Assembly: GCA_964530225.1 (NCBI GenBank)
Contig: CAZHBA010000066.1
Coordinates: 1,919 to 65,918, forward strand
Reading direction: 5' to 3'
Source: an uncultured Rhodospirillaceae bacterium
Lineage (GTDB): Bacteria; Pseudomonadota; Alphaproteobacteria; UBA6615
DNA: 64,000 bases
Shown here: positions 31,350 through 43,508 of the stretch, piece after piece
Numbering within the stretch: position 1 is the stretch's first letter
How the letters are laid out: every line of letters starts with the position of its first letter
Translations under genes and position numbers: made by a program
The notes under the pieces: model-generated
Seen by the model: the letters and a program-made list of their open reading frames with translations, nothing else
The model's database searches: none
What the model was told of the DNA's origin: nothing

Positions 31350-33161
31350 ATGGCGAAGCTAAAGAAATCGAGCAAAGATGCAGTCGGCCGGCTGGCGGCG
31401 CTACGCGCCCAGTTAAAGTTGGCGAAACTCGATGGTTTCATCGTTCCCTACGCCGACGAGCATCAGAACAAGTTTTTACCGCCACGCGCCGAGCGGCTGG
31501 CTTGGCTGACCGGCTTTACCGGCTCGGCGGGCTTGGCCGTTATCTTAGCCGATGAGGCGGCGGTTTTCGTCGATGGGCGCTATACCTTGCAGGTACGCGC
31601 CCAAGTCGATGGCGATCTTTACAGCTACCATCACCTCATCGACGAGCCGGTTACCGGCTGGCTGGAGAAAAATCTCAGCAAGAGCATGCGGCTGGGCTAC
31701 GACCCGTGGCTGCACAGCGTACGCGGTGTCGAGTGCACGCGCAAGGCCTGCGACAAGGCCGAGGCTGAATTCGTCGCCGTCGAGGCCAATCCGGTCGATG
31801 CGGTGTGGAGCGATCAGCCGCCGTCACCGCAAACCCCGATCGTCCCCCACGAATTGCGCTTCGCCGGCCGCGCCAGTACCGAAAAGCGCCAGGAACTGAC
31901 GGAAAGGCTAACCGAAAACGATACCGAAGCGGTGGTTCTAACCCAACCGGATTCGATCGCCTGGCTGCTCAATGTACGCGGTAACGACGTGGATTACACG
32001 CCGTTGCCGTTGAGTTTCGCTATTTTGAACGCCGACACCACCGTCGACTGGTTTGTCGACCCGGCAAAAGTGTCCGACGATCTGACAGCCCATCTCGGTA
32101 ACAGCGTAAGGTGCCACAAGCCGGACGCGCTGGGCAAGGCGCTCGATAAACTCGGCAAAGCTAAAAGCCGGGTGCAGGCGTGTCCCGATACGGCGGCGGC
32201 CTGGGTTTTCCACCGGCTGGCCGCGGCCAAGGCCGACATCCGCCGCGCTGGCGATCCCGTCACGCTACCCAAAGCGATCAAGAACGATACCGAACTTGAC
32301 GGTACGCGCGCTGCCCACCGGCGCGATGGCGTGGCCCTGACGCGGTTTTTAGCCTGGCTGGCAGCAACGGCGCCGGACGGCGGTGTCACCGAGATTGGCG
32401 CGGTCGACAAGCTAGCTGAGATGCGCGGCGGCGGTGAACACTTCCGTCAGCTCAGCTTCGGCACCATCTCCGGTGCCGGCCCCAACGGCGCCATCGTGCA
32501 TTACCGGGTGACGCCTGAGACCGACCGGCCGCTGGCCTCCGGCGAGCTCTATCTGGTCGATTCCGGTGCGCAATATCTTGACGGCACCACCGACGTCACG
32601 CGTACCGTCGCCATTGGCACGCCGAGTGCAAAAATGTGCGACCGCTTTACCCGAGTCCTCAAAGGCCACATCGCTATTGCCACGGCACAGTTTCCCGCTG
32701 GTACCACGGGCGCGCAGCTCGACACGTTGGCGCGGCAATTCCTCTGGCAGTCGGGCCTTGACTACGACCATGGCACCGGCCATGGCGTGGGCAGTTATCT
32801 CGGCGTGCATGAAGGCCCGCAGCGCATCGCCAAGGCGGACACGGCGCAGGCATTGAAACCGGGCATGATTGTTTCTAACGAACCCGGCTATTACAACGAA
32901 GGCGCTTACGGCATCCGCATCGAAAACCTGGTCGCCGTGACGGCGACCGATGCGATCGAAGACGCAGAGCGGGAGATGCTCAGCTTCGAGACTCTCACAT
33001 TAGCACCTATCGACCGGGCCTGTATCGAAACGTCGCTGTTGAGCGAAGCGGAGCGCGCCTGGCTCAATGGCTACCATGCTCGCGTTATGGCCGAGATCGG
33101 TCCGCTGGTCGATGAAAATATCCGCGAGTGGCTCGCCGAAGCGACGCAACCACTCTCTTAG
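31350..33161 (+). CDS. Xaa-Pro aminopeptidase (aminopeptidase P, M24B)
   Basis: WLTGFTGSAG, DSGAQYLDGTTDVTRT, HGTGHGVG, VHEGP, SNEPGYY, RIEN. Confidence 0.95.
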   Translation: MAKLKKSSKDAVGRLAALRAQLKLAKLDGFIVPYADEHQNKFLPPRAERLAWLTGFTGSAGLAVILADEAAVFVDGRYTLQVRAQVDGDLYSYHHLIDEPVTGWLEKNLSKSMRLGYDPWLHSVRGVECTRKACDKAEAEFVAVEANPVDAVWSDQPPSPQTPIVPHELRFAGRASTEKRQELTERLTENDTEAVVLTQPDSIAWLLNVRGNDVDYTPLPLSFAILNADTTVDWFVDPAKVSDDLTAHLGNSVRCHKPDALGKALDKLGKAKSRVQACPDTAAAWVFHRLAAAKADIRRAGDPVTLPKAIKNDTELDGTRAAHRRDGVALTRFLAWLAATAPDGGVTEIGAVDKLAEMRGGGEHFRQLSFGTISGAGPNGAIVHYRVTPETDRPLASGELYLVDSGAQYLDGTTDVTRTVAIGTPSAKMCDRFTRVLKGHIAIATAQFPAGTTGAQLDTLARQFLWQSGLDYDHGTGHGVGSYLGVHEGPQRIAKADTAQALKPGMIVSNEPGYYNEGAYGIRIENLVAVTATDAIEDAEREMLSFETLTLAPIDRACIETSLLSEAERAWLNGYHARVMAEIGPLVDENIREWLAEATQPLS

Positions 33162-33170
33162 TCGAATCTC

Positions 33171-33227
33171 ACCCTTCGACAGGCGCAGGATGAAGCCCTC
33201 ATGGTGAGCCTGTCGAACCACGAGGGT
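33171..33227. repeat. REP-like palindromic intergenic element
   Basis: ACCCT-TCGACAGGCGCA-GGATGA...TCATGG-TGAGCCTGTCGAA-CCACG-AGGGT long imperfect inverted repeat between the converging pepP and ligA genes. Confidence 0.65.
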
Positions 33228-33242
33228 CGCTGAGCAACGGTC

Positions 33243-35357
<2,115 letters not shown>

Positions 35358-35373
35358 TTATTAGGGTTTTTTA

Positions 35374-36303
35374 TTAAGGTTTTCCACCAGTGGGCGCAGG
35401 CGCGGGCGTTACCGCTGATCCCGCAGGCCGCCCGCTGGAAACGGCGCCGAATATCCCGATAGTCACCAATATGATTGCAAAAACGGTAAAGATTGTCAGC
35501 GGTTCGCCCAAGATGACTAGCGCCGAGAGCGCCGAGGTTATCGGCACGAACGCTGTGATCATCGTAGTCAGCGACGCGCCTAGCGCACCGACAGCGCGGG
35601 TGAACAGCAGCAGCGAGATGATCATGCTGAGAAAACCCTGATACACGGCTTGTCCACCGATATCGATGAGGGGAGCGGTGGCGAATTTTGTCGGCAGAAA
35701 GGCGAAATGTAGCGGCACGTAGCCGATTAGCGAAATGACCGCAACCAGGGCCGTGCCGCGCACCGGTTCGACTCGCCAGGCGCGCGCCAGCACGGCGAAA
35801 ATCGACCAGTCGATGGCGCCGACGATAAACAGTGCATCGCCGCGCCACTTGCCGTCGTTAAAGTCAGTGAAACTGTCGCCGATGAGAAATACAATGCCGG
35901 CAAACAGCGTCAATAGTCCGAGGAGCCTAATGATGTTCAGCTGTTCGCCGAGCGCCAGCCAGGCGATCGGAACCGTGAACAACGGCAAAGTGCCAGCAAG
36001 GATCGCCGCACCGTGGGCGGCGGGAGCGAACTGATACCCGGTGAACGCCGGCAGCGCGAAACCCGGTCCGGCCACCACCGCAAGGATAATAGCTTGCCAC
36101 AAGCGCAAATGGCCGAGACCGTAACGCAGCAGGACCGGCAGCATGATGATGCCGCCGATACCGACGCGTAACGTCACAAGATCGTAGGGGGTGAGGCTAG
36201 TTTGTACACCAACACGCGAGATCAAGTGAAAGCTCGACCACAACACCACGACAGACAGGGCGCAGGCGAGGCCGATGACGAATTCGCGCGTGCTCGCTTT
36301 CAT
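35374..36303 (-). CDS. DMT/EamA family transporter
   Basis: About 10 TM helices in two EamA repeats (LGEQL / ILGEPL). Confidence 0.88.
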   Translation of the reverse strand: MKASTREFVIGLACALSVVVLWSSFHLISRVGVQTSLTPYDLVTLRVGIGGIIMLPVLLRYGLGHLRLWQAIILAVVAGPGFALPAFTGYQFAPAAHGAAILAGTLPLFTVPIAWLALGEQLNIIRLLGLLTLFAGIVFLIGDSFTDFNDGKWRGDALFIVGAIDWSIFAVLARAWRVEPVRGTALVAVISLIGYVPLHFAFLPTKFATAPLIDIGGQAVYQGFLSMIISLLLFTRAVGALGASLTTMITAFVPITSALSALVILGEPLTIFTVFAIILVTIGIFGAVSSGRPAGSAVTPAPAPTGGKP

Positions 36304-36327
36304 AAAGCCGAAAACCGGCAGGGGAAA

Positions 36328-38043
36328 TCAGGCTGCATCGCGTGGCGACGCGGCTATCTGTGGCTCAGCACTGCTGAGCAGACGTTCGGCGGCGGCGCGC
36401 GCTTCGTCGGTAATTTCTGCGCCCGCGAGCATACGTGCGATCTCTTCCCGGCGTGCCTGGCTATCGAGAGGCACCACGCGCGTGACGACCGAATCATCGC
36501 TGCCGTTGCTGTCTTTCGATACCAACCAATGGTGGTCGCCGACAGCGGCGACCTGGGGGCTGTGGGTGACCACAAGAATTTGCCGTCCGGAAGTGCTTGC
36601 CAGCGCTACAAGCCGTTCGCCCACAGCGGCTGCTGTGGCACCGCCGACACCGGCATCAACCTCGTCAAAAATCAATGTCGTGGCGTCGCCTGCATCGGCG
36701 AGCACGACTTTGAGGGCCAGTAAAAACCGGCTGAACTCGCCGCCCGAGGCGATCTTGCCGAGCGGACTGAGAGCACTACCCGGGTTGGTGGCGACGCGGA
36801 ATTCAATTGTGTCGAGGCCACTCGCCGACCAGGCGGATTCGGCAAGCCGCCCGATCTGGCTCTTGAAGGCTGCATTTTTGAGTTTGAGCGGCGTCAGTTC
36901 ACCGGCGACGGCCTGGTCGAGTGCATGGGCGGCCTTGCTGCGCCCAGCGGACAGCCGCTCGGCAGATGCCATGTAGGCGCGTCGCGCCGTCTCGGTGGCC
37001 TTGGCCAAAGCGGTCAATTTGTCGCTGTTGCCATCAAGCGCCGCCAGCGCGTTGGTTAGTCTGGCGTGAACTTCAGCAAGGTGATCGACGTCGGTATCGT
37101 GTTTACGGGCCGTCGCGCGTAAGGCGAACAATCGGCCTTCGACGGCATCGAGGTGGCCCGAATCGGTGTCTATGGCGTGGGCGAGCGCCTGCAGTTCCTG
37201 TAGCGCATCAGCTAGTTCCACTGTGCTCCGGTCGATTGCGGCAATGATCGGGTCGAGCTTGCCGCCGCTGAATTTTGCTGCCCGCGTCAATGTGCACGAC
37301 GCGTGTTGCAGGGCTGGTTCGGCACCGGCATCGCCCGCAAGTTCTTCCAACGCTTTATTGAAGGCCGCTATCAAGCGCTCGGCGTTTTGCATTATTTGAC
37401 GTTGGCTGACCAGCGCTACTTCCTCGCCGACGCTGGGTGCGAGATCGTCCAGTTCCCCAACATCGTGACGCAGTTGCTCTTCTTCGGCCCGGGCGGCAGC
37501 GACATCGGCCTCAGCTTCGGCCAGTGCGGTGCGGGCACTGGACCAGGCGGCAAACAAGTCCGCCGTCTTGGTTGCTTTTGTCGTAAGGTTTCCAAATAGA
37601 TCGAGTGCGGCGCGCTGAACAGCGGGCGCGGCCAGGGCGAAGCGCTCGAACTGACCTTGAATTTCCAGCAATTGTTCGCCGATCTGCCGCAACAGCCCCG
37701 CTGTCGCTGGCTGATCGTTGATGAAAGCGCGATTACGGCCATCGCGACCAACGATTCGGCGCAGATGAACACTGCCCTCGTCGGGTTCCAGTCCATGCTC
37801 ACTGAGCAGATTGCTTGCTGGGTGATCGGGTGCGACGTCGAACGTTGCCGCAACAACTGCTTGTTTGGCGCCTGGCCGAATCAGGCTGGTGTCGGCACGC
37901 ATACCCAGCGCCAGGCCGAGCGCATCTAGCAAAATGGACTTACCGGTGCCGGTTTCGCCCGTGAGAACACACAAGCCTGGATCGAATTCTAGTTCGAGGC
38001 GGTCGATCAGGACGACTTCCCGAACCGATAGGTGACGTAGCAT
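36328..38043 (-). CDS. recN: DNA repair protein RecN
   Basis: LTGETGTGKS, ASGGE, IFDEVDAGVGG, VTHSPQVAA, EEIARML. Confidence 0.97.
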   Translation of the reverse strand: MLRHLSVREVVLIDRLELEFDPGLCVLTGETGTGKSILLDALGLALGMRADTSLIRPGAKQAVVAATFDVAPDHPASNLLSEHGLEPDEGSVHLRRIVGRDGRNRAFINDQPATAGLLRQIGEQLLEIQGQFERFALAAPAVQRAALDLFGNLTTKATKTADLFAAWSSARTALAEAEADVAAARAEEEQLRHDVGELDDLAPSVGEEVALVSQRQIMQNAERLIAAFNKALEELAGDAGAEPALQHASCTLTRAAKFSGGKLDPIIAAIDRSTVELADALQELQALAHAIDTDSGHLDAVEGRLFALRATARKHDTDVDHLAEVHARLTNALAALDGNSDKLTALAKATETARRAYMASAERLSAGRSKAAHALDQAVAGELTPLKLKNAAFKSQIGRLAESAWSASGLDTIEFRVATNPGSALSPLGKIASGGEFSRFLLALKVVLADAGDATTLIFDEVDAGVGGATAAAVGERLVALASTSGRQILVVTHSPQVAAVGDHHWLVSKDSNGSDDSVVTRVVPLDSQARREEIARMLAGAEITDEARAAAERLLSSAEPQIAASPRDAA

Positions 38044-38049
38044 TACTGC

Positions 38050-38883
38050 CTAAAAAGGCCAGAGACGGCGGAAGAAGCCGCGCTCTTCGGGAACCGGGTC
38101 GGCTACGCCGTCACCGTTGATATCGCGAACGACGACACCTTCGACGAGTTGATAGCTGTCGACATACCAAGGGTCGCCTGGGAAGTTGTAACTCAGCACG
38201 GCGGCGTTTTCGCGCACCTCAGGTTCGATGCCGAGAGCGGTGTAGGCTTCGGTCAGCCGATGCAGGGCTTCGGGCGTATGGGTCGTCGACTGGTATTTGT
38301 CAATGACGTTGCGGAACCGGTTGATCGCCGCCAGATGCTGGCCACGGCGCAGGTAGAACCGGCCGACCTCCATTTCTTTCCCGGCGAGATGGTCTCGCGC
38401 CAAATCTATCTTTAGCTGGGCGTCGCGCGCGTATTTGCTGGTGGGAAAGCGCTTTGTAACATCGCCGAGCGAGGCCAAAGCTAATTCATTCATGCGCTGG
38501 TCGCGGCCGACATCGGAAATCTGCTCGTAGTAGCTCAAGCCTTTGAGATAGTAGGCGTAGGAGATATCGCGGTTACCCGGATGAAGCTGAATAAAGCGGT
38601 CGAGACCGAGGATCGCATCATCGTACGCGCCGCGGGAGTAGGACGAAAAAGCGCCCATCAATTGGGCCTTCGTCGCCCAAATTGAGTAGGGATGCTGGCG
38701 CTCAACCTCGAGAAATAATTCACTCGCAGCAACATAATCGTCGAGGGCGATCTGATCGACGGCCTCATTATAGAGCTCCTCGACCGGACGCTCCACGTAG
38801 GCCTCTTCGTCGCCGGTCGAACAGGCCGCGAGCACCGTGGTGGCCACCATCAGGGCCGCTAGCGGCCAGCCCCGGCGCTTCAT
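38050..38883 (-). CDS. bamD: Outer-membrane protein assembly factor BamD
   Basis: Lipobox LAAC, EVERQHPYS.WA, HLAGKEMEVGRFY, AAINRF. Confidence 0.96.
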   Translation of the reverse strand: MKRRGWPLAALMVATTVLAACSTGDEEAYVERPVEELYNEAVDQIALDDYVAASELFLEVERQHPYSIWATKAQLMGAFSSYSRGAYDDAILGLDRFIQLHPGNRDISYAYYLKGLSYYEQISDVGRDQRMNELALASLGDVTKRFPTSKYARDAQLKIDLARDHLAGKEMEVGRFYLRRGQHLAAINRFRNVIDKYQSTTHTPEALHRLTEAYTALGIEPEVRENAAVLSYNFPGDPWYVDSYQLVEGVVVRDINGDGVADPVPEERGFFRRLWPF

Positions 38884-39087
38884 CCCACGATGACCGGGTG
38901 AATCTTCTATATTTTGCCTGACGATCGGTAGTCGCCTATTGCTCACAATGGCCTTCCGCGCTTTCGGTTTGCTAACCCGCACGCCTGGCGCGTGGTCGAA
39001 TCTAGCGCCAATTATACCATCCGCACCTGGTTTTCCAATGTGCCGTAAGTTGTTTGCAACTACCTTTGAGACAGGCTGGTTAGCGAT

Positions 39088-40065
39088 TTAGGCGCTAACG
39101 ACGGCCGGCAGTTCGTTAAATTTTTCGAACAGGTCGTCCTGGTCGCGCTGCACATTCGTGTACCGCCAGCAGCTTTGGTCGGCTAACAAGGTACGCAGAA
39201 TAGCGTGGTTGAGAGCATGGCCCGACCGGTGGCCCTTAAAGTGTCCGATGATAGGGGTGCCAGCCAGGTACAAATCGCCGACGCTATCGAGGATTTTGTG
39301 GCGTACGAATTCGTCTTTATAACGCAGCCCACCCTCATTCAGCACTTCGTCGCCGCTAACTACCACGGCGTTGTCGAGGCTGCCACCAAGGGCCAGTCCC
39401 ATGGCGCGAAGCTGATCAACTTCCTCGATAAACCCGAAGGTGCGGGCCCGGCTAAACTCACCCTTAAAGGTTCCGTTGACCAATTGGATAGCCATATCCT
39501 GTTGGCCGATGGCGCCGGATCCGAACTCGATTTCGAAACTAACCGAGAAGCCTTCGTCGGGTAACAGCTCCGCCCGGCGATCTTGGTCCTCGACCTTAAC
39601 CGGTTTGAGAATTTCGATGGCACGCCGCGGTGCGTCCTGCGCAACGATACCGGCACATTCGATGAGAAATACGAAGGGTGCGGAACTGCCATCCATAATC
39701 GGCAATTCGCCACCCTCGACCTCAACGTACAAATTATCGACGCCGCAACCACTAAGCGCGGCCATCAGATGTTCAACGGTGGCAATGCTGGTACCGTTGC
39801 CGTCGCCCAGCGTTGTACACAAACGGTCGTCGACGACATTATCGACATGGGCAGCAATCTCTAACCCGTTTCCGTCAGCATCGGTCCGATGAAATACGAT
39901 TCCGGTATTTGGGGGTGCTGGCAGCAGGGTCATTGAAACCTTGGCGCCGGAATGCAGCCCGGTTCCGCAACAGCTAATCTTGCTCTTTAAAGTCTGTTGG
40001 AGGGCAAAATCGGAACACTTAGCTATCAGTTCCGTTACAGTCCGTTCCAAAATCAAGTTCCCCAC
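39088..40065 (-). CDS. lpxC: UDP-3-O-acyl-GlcNAc deacetylase
   Basis: G.GLHSG, TVEHLMAAL, PIMDGS, ARTFGF, HKILD.VGDL; start position uncertain. Confidence 0.97.
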   Translation of the reverse strand: MGNLILERTVTELIAKCSDFALQQTLKSKISCCGTGLHSGAKVSMTLLPAPPNTGIVFHRTDADGNGLEIAAHVDNVVDDRLCTTLGDGNGTSIATVEHLMAALSGCGVDNLYVEVEGGELPIMDGSSAPFVFLIECAGIVAQDAPRRAIEILKPVKVEDQDRRAELLPDEGFSVSFEIEFGSGAIGQQDMAIQLVNGTFKGEFSRARTFGFIEEVDQLRAMGLALGGSLDNAVVVSGDEVLNEGGLRYKDEFVRHKILDSVGDLYLAGTPIIGHFKGHRSGHALNHAILRTLLADQSCWRYTNVQRDQDDLFEKFNELPAVVSA

Positions 40066-40205
40066 GGCTTACTTACAATTCCGGCCAAAATGGCCGATCC
40101 CCAGAATTCAATTCTCAGCGCATTTACCATGCACCTCGAACGCTCTCATGTAACAAGCCTACCGAGTGGGCACAAATCACTCTTTGTTACAGTTTGTTTC
40201 GCCGG

Positions 40206-40238
40206 AAGCTACGGAAATCATTAAGATTTCCGTAGCTT
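40206..40238. terminator. 14-bp perfect hairpin after ftsZ
   Basis: AAGCTACGGAAATC-ATTAA-GATTTCCGTAGCTT, 13 bp downstream of the ftsZ stop. Confidence 0.7.
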
Positions 40239-40251
40239 TTATGTTTCCGGA

Positions 40252-41994
40252 CTAATTCGCCTGGCGGCGCAGAAAAGCTGGTATTTCCAGCGTGTCTTCG
40301 TTGCTGCCCGCCGCTTGCGGACGGCTATCCCGCTCAAGATTGGTGAGCGAAGGCTGAGCAGGCGCTGGTGGCGCTGTTTTAGCCGCAGTTTCAGCCGGAG
40401 CTTCGACGGGGGCTTTGGCAGCGGTTTTGGCCGGCGGTTGCGGGGAAACCGACGGTGGCGTTGACGCCGGAGCGATCAGACTCGGCTCCGGTTTTGGTGC
40501 CTCTGGAGCTTCGACGGGTGCAGTTGCGGCCATCTGTTCTTCGTCGGTCACCAGGCTATTTACCGCTCCGGTGACCTTTTGAAACAAACTGCGGCCGCGC
40601 CGTTTTTCGGTTTGCGACGCGCCGTTTTCAATTGCCGCTTCGGCAAACGCGTTTGGTGCGGCTTGCGGCGCCTGTATTTGCGGCTCTCGTGGGGCCGGTG
40701 TGGCGGGCCGTGGCGGGATGAACGGCTGGCCCGCGGTTTGAACCGGCGGCTGCGGCGCTGGTACCGGTGTCGGTTCGACCACGATCTGCTCCATTTCAGG
40801 TTCTGCCACGGCTGCTGCCGATGCCGTTGCCCCTGGAGTCGGATCGACGATCAGGGGAGGGGGCGATACGGGCGGCGTACCCGTCGACATTGTCTGATCG
40901 GCGGCGATTGGAGACGTTTGGCTGGCATCCTCCTGTGGCGCAGCGCCGCCATCCGACGACTGGCTTGTGGCCGAACGGTCAGCGTCGTGCACCAGCGAGA
41001 TCAGCGGGCGCGGCATTAATGTAGCTTCCGCGTCGATTCCCGTAGCGACGATAGAGACCCGCATCAGACCTTCCATCTTTTCGTCGAACGTCGAGCCGAA
41101 AAGGATGTTGGCGTCGGCATCCACTTCTTCGCGGATACGGTTTGCCGCCTCATCCACCTCGAACAGCGTCATATCGAGGCCGCCGGTGATGTTGATCAAC
41201 ACGCCGCGCGCGCCTCGCATCGACACATCGTCGAGCAGCGGATTGGCGATTGCCGCTTCGGCCGCCGAAATCGAGCGGCCCTCGCCGCTGGATTCACCGG
41301 TGCCCATCATGGCCTTACCCATCTCGCTCATGACGGTGCGGATATCGGCGAAATCCAGATTGATCAGGCCCGGCATAACCATCAGGTCGGTGACACCGCG
41401 AACGCCCGAATGCAGAACGTTGTCGGCCATGCAGAAGGCGTCGGCTAACGTCGTATGTTCGTTGCAAACTCTGAACAGATTTTGATTGGGAATAACGATT
41501 AGCGTGTCGACGAAGTGCTGCAATTCTTCGATACCCTCGTCGGCCGACTTCATGCGGTTGTTACCTTCGAACTGGAACGGTTTGGTGACAACGCCAACGG
41601 TCAGTATGCCTTGCTCACGCGCCGCCCGGGCGATGACCGGCGCCGCTCCGGTGCCGGTACCGCCGCCCATGCCGGCGGCAATGAACGCCATGTGGCTACC
41701 CTGGAGATGGTCGATAATGACATCGAGCGATTCTTCGGCCGATGCGCGACCGATGTCCGGGCGCGCCCCGGCGCCCAGGCCGTTGGTGATGTTGATGCCA
41801 AGCTGAATACGCCGTTCGGTTGCACTGAGTGCCAGAGATTGTGCATCGGTATTGGCCACCACGAATTCGACCCCTTCGAGGTTTGCCGAGATCATGTTAT
41901 TGACGGCGTTGCAGCCGCCGCCGCCGACTCCGACCACGACAATGCGCGGTTTCAATTGGGTTTCGGTTCCAGGTGCGCTTAGGTTGAGCGTCAT
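40252..41994 (-). CDS. ftsZ: Cell division protein FtsZ (long Pro/Ala-rich linker)
   Basis: [17 protein letters not shown]-terminal [12 protein letters not shown]; GGAGG RBS. Confidence 0.99.
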   Translation of the reverse strand: MTLNLSAPGTETQLKPRIVVVGVGGGGCNAVNNMISANLEGVEFVVANTDAQSLALSATERRIQLGINITNGLGAGARPDIGRASAEESLDVIIDHLQGSHMAFIAAGMGGGTGTGAAPVIARAAREQGILTVGVVTKPFQFEGNNRMKSADEGIEELQHFVDTLIVIPNQNLFRVCNEHTTLADAFCMADNVLHSGVRGVTDLMVMPGLINLDFADIRTVMSEMGKAMMGTGESSGEGRSISAAEAAIANPLLDDVSMRGARGVLINITGGLDMTLFEVDEAANRIREEVDADANILFGSTFDEKMEGLMRVSIVATGIDAEATLMPRPLISLVHDADRSATSQSSDGGAAPQEDASQTSPIAADQTMSTGTPPVSPPPLIVDPTPGATASAAAVAEPEMEQIVVEPTPVPAPQPPVQTAGQPFIPPRPATPAPREPQIQAPQAAPNAFAEAAIENGASQTEKRRGRSLFQKVTGAVNSLVTDEEQMAATAPVEAPEAPKPEPSLIAPASTPPSVSPQPPAKTAAKAPVEAPAETAAKTAPPAPAQPSLTNLERDSRPQAAGSNEDTLEIPAFLRRQAN

Positions 41995-42123
41995 ATCAGC
42001 CTCCAATTAGTGACGTCCGAGGGCAAGGAATAGGGTGAATAGGTCCGCGATGGCGGCGATAGTGAGCCGTAACCCCACCACCCGCCGGATGAGGAAGAAA
42101 AGGGTGAGCAGGGCATCCAGGGT

Positions 42124-43488
42124 TTAAAAATGTTCATGGATCCAATGGCCAAGCCGGCTTCCAAGGCCGCCTGACTCACCCTTCATGATTGATGTTGGCT
42201 CGGTGACCACCGACGGGTTTTCCATCGCGAAGGCAATCAATCCGGCGCTGGTTGCAAATGCGGGTCCCGACATGGATTCGGGCAAGCCGCGTAATCTGAG
42301 CGGACGGCCCATACGAATCTGCTTGTCGAGGACCATCGCCGCCAGTTCACGCACGCCCTGAAGTTGGCTGGCGCCGCCGGTGAGCACCACACGGCGACCG
42401 GCAACCGGGTCGAAGCCGCTGTCGGTCAAACGCTCGCGCACCAGCTCGAACGTCTCTTCCAACCGCGGTTGGATGATGCCGTTGAGCAGGGAGCGCGGTA
42501 TGTGATTTGGACTGTTGTGTTCGTCTTCGCCAACATGGAGCACGTCGATCAATTCGTGCTCGTCGGCGGGTGTCGCCATGGTCGCGCCGTGCAGCGTCTT
42601 CAGGCGTTCAGCGTGAGAGATTGGGGTCGACAAGCCGCGGGCGATATCGTTGGTTACATGCGCCCCGCCAACTGGCACGATGTCGGTGAAGACGGCGTCG
42701 CCGTTGGAGTACACGGCGATACTGGTGGTGCCGGCGCCCATGTCGATGACGGTCACACCGAGATCGGTTTCGTCTTCCACCAGCGTCGATAGGCCCGACG
42801 CATACGGGGCGATAACGAAATCGTCGATCTGCAAATGGCAGCGGTCGACAACGTTGCGCAGGGTACGAATGACGCCGCTGCCCACGCTAACCAGATGCAT
42901 ATTGACCGACAGGTGATCGCCAAATATGCCGCGCGGGTCGCGAATACCGCGATTGCCGTCGACGGTATAGGCGACAGGAATGGAGTGGATGAGCTCACGT
43001 TCCACGCGATGACCGTTTTGTGCGCCGTGCTCGTTGGCGTGACCGTTGCTGTGGCCATTGGTGTGATCGCTATCGGCACCGTTCCCATTAGTGTCTATCG
43101 CCAGCGTTTGCTGGAAGGCCCGGTGCAGGTCTGTGTCGTCGATCTGCGTTCCGCCGATGTTGACGTTGACGCCGACGGTCTTCGATATCGGCTGACCGCC
43201 GTTGAGATTGACGGTGACCGATTTGATTGTGTCTCCGGCCATCTGCTCGGCGGCGAAAACGGCTTTGCGAATCGCGGTTTCGGCCATATCCACATCGACG
43301 ATCAGGCCCCTTTTCAGCCCCGCGCTGACCTGCAGACCGGTGCCGACGATGCGCGGCTGAGCAACCACATTGCTGCTGCTTTCGAGCGCTGGCCTGTCGA
43401 CCCGCGCGATCAGGCAGCACACCTTGCTGGTGCCGATATCGAGGGCAACAATAGTGCCGGTGCGCGGTTTGGTGAGGCGTTTTGTCAC
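42124..43488 (-). CDS. ftsA: Cell division protein FtsA
   Basis: LDIGTSKV, IDMGAGTT, GGAHVTNDI, VLTGGASQL, C-terminal amphipathic WIHEHF. Confidence 0.97.
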   Translation of the reverse strand: MTKRLTKPRTGTIVALDIGTSKVCCLIARVDRPALESSSNVVAQPRIVGTGLQVSAGLKRGLIVDVDMAETAIRKAVFAAEQMAGDTIKSVTVNLNGGQPISKTVGVNVNIGGTQIDDTDLHRAFQQTLAIDTNGNGADSDHTNGHSNGHANEHGAQNGHRVERELIHSIPVAYTVDGNRGIRDPRGIFGDHLSVNMHLVSVGSGVIRTLRNVVDRCHLQIDDFVIAPYASGLSTLVEDETDLGVTVIDMGAGTTSIAVYSNGDAVFTDIVPVGGAHVTNDIARGLSTPISHAERLKTLHGATMATPADEHELIDVLHVGEDEHNSPNHIPRSLLNGIIQPRLEETFELVRERLTDSGFDPVAGRRVVLTGGASQLQGVRELAAMVLDKQIRMGRPLRLRGLPESMSGPAFATSAGLIAFAMENPSVVTEPTSIMKGESGGLGSRLGHWIHEHF

Positions 43489-43508
43489 GACATTAAGTCC
43501 TCTTCGCC

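Noticed and set aside
40300-41000. Long Pro/Ala-rich FtsZ linker as a novelty
   Set aside because: Extended C-terminal linkers are normal for alphaproteobacterial FtsZ.
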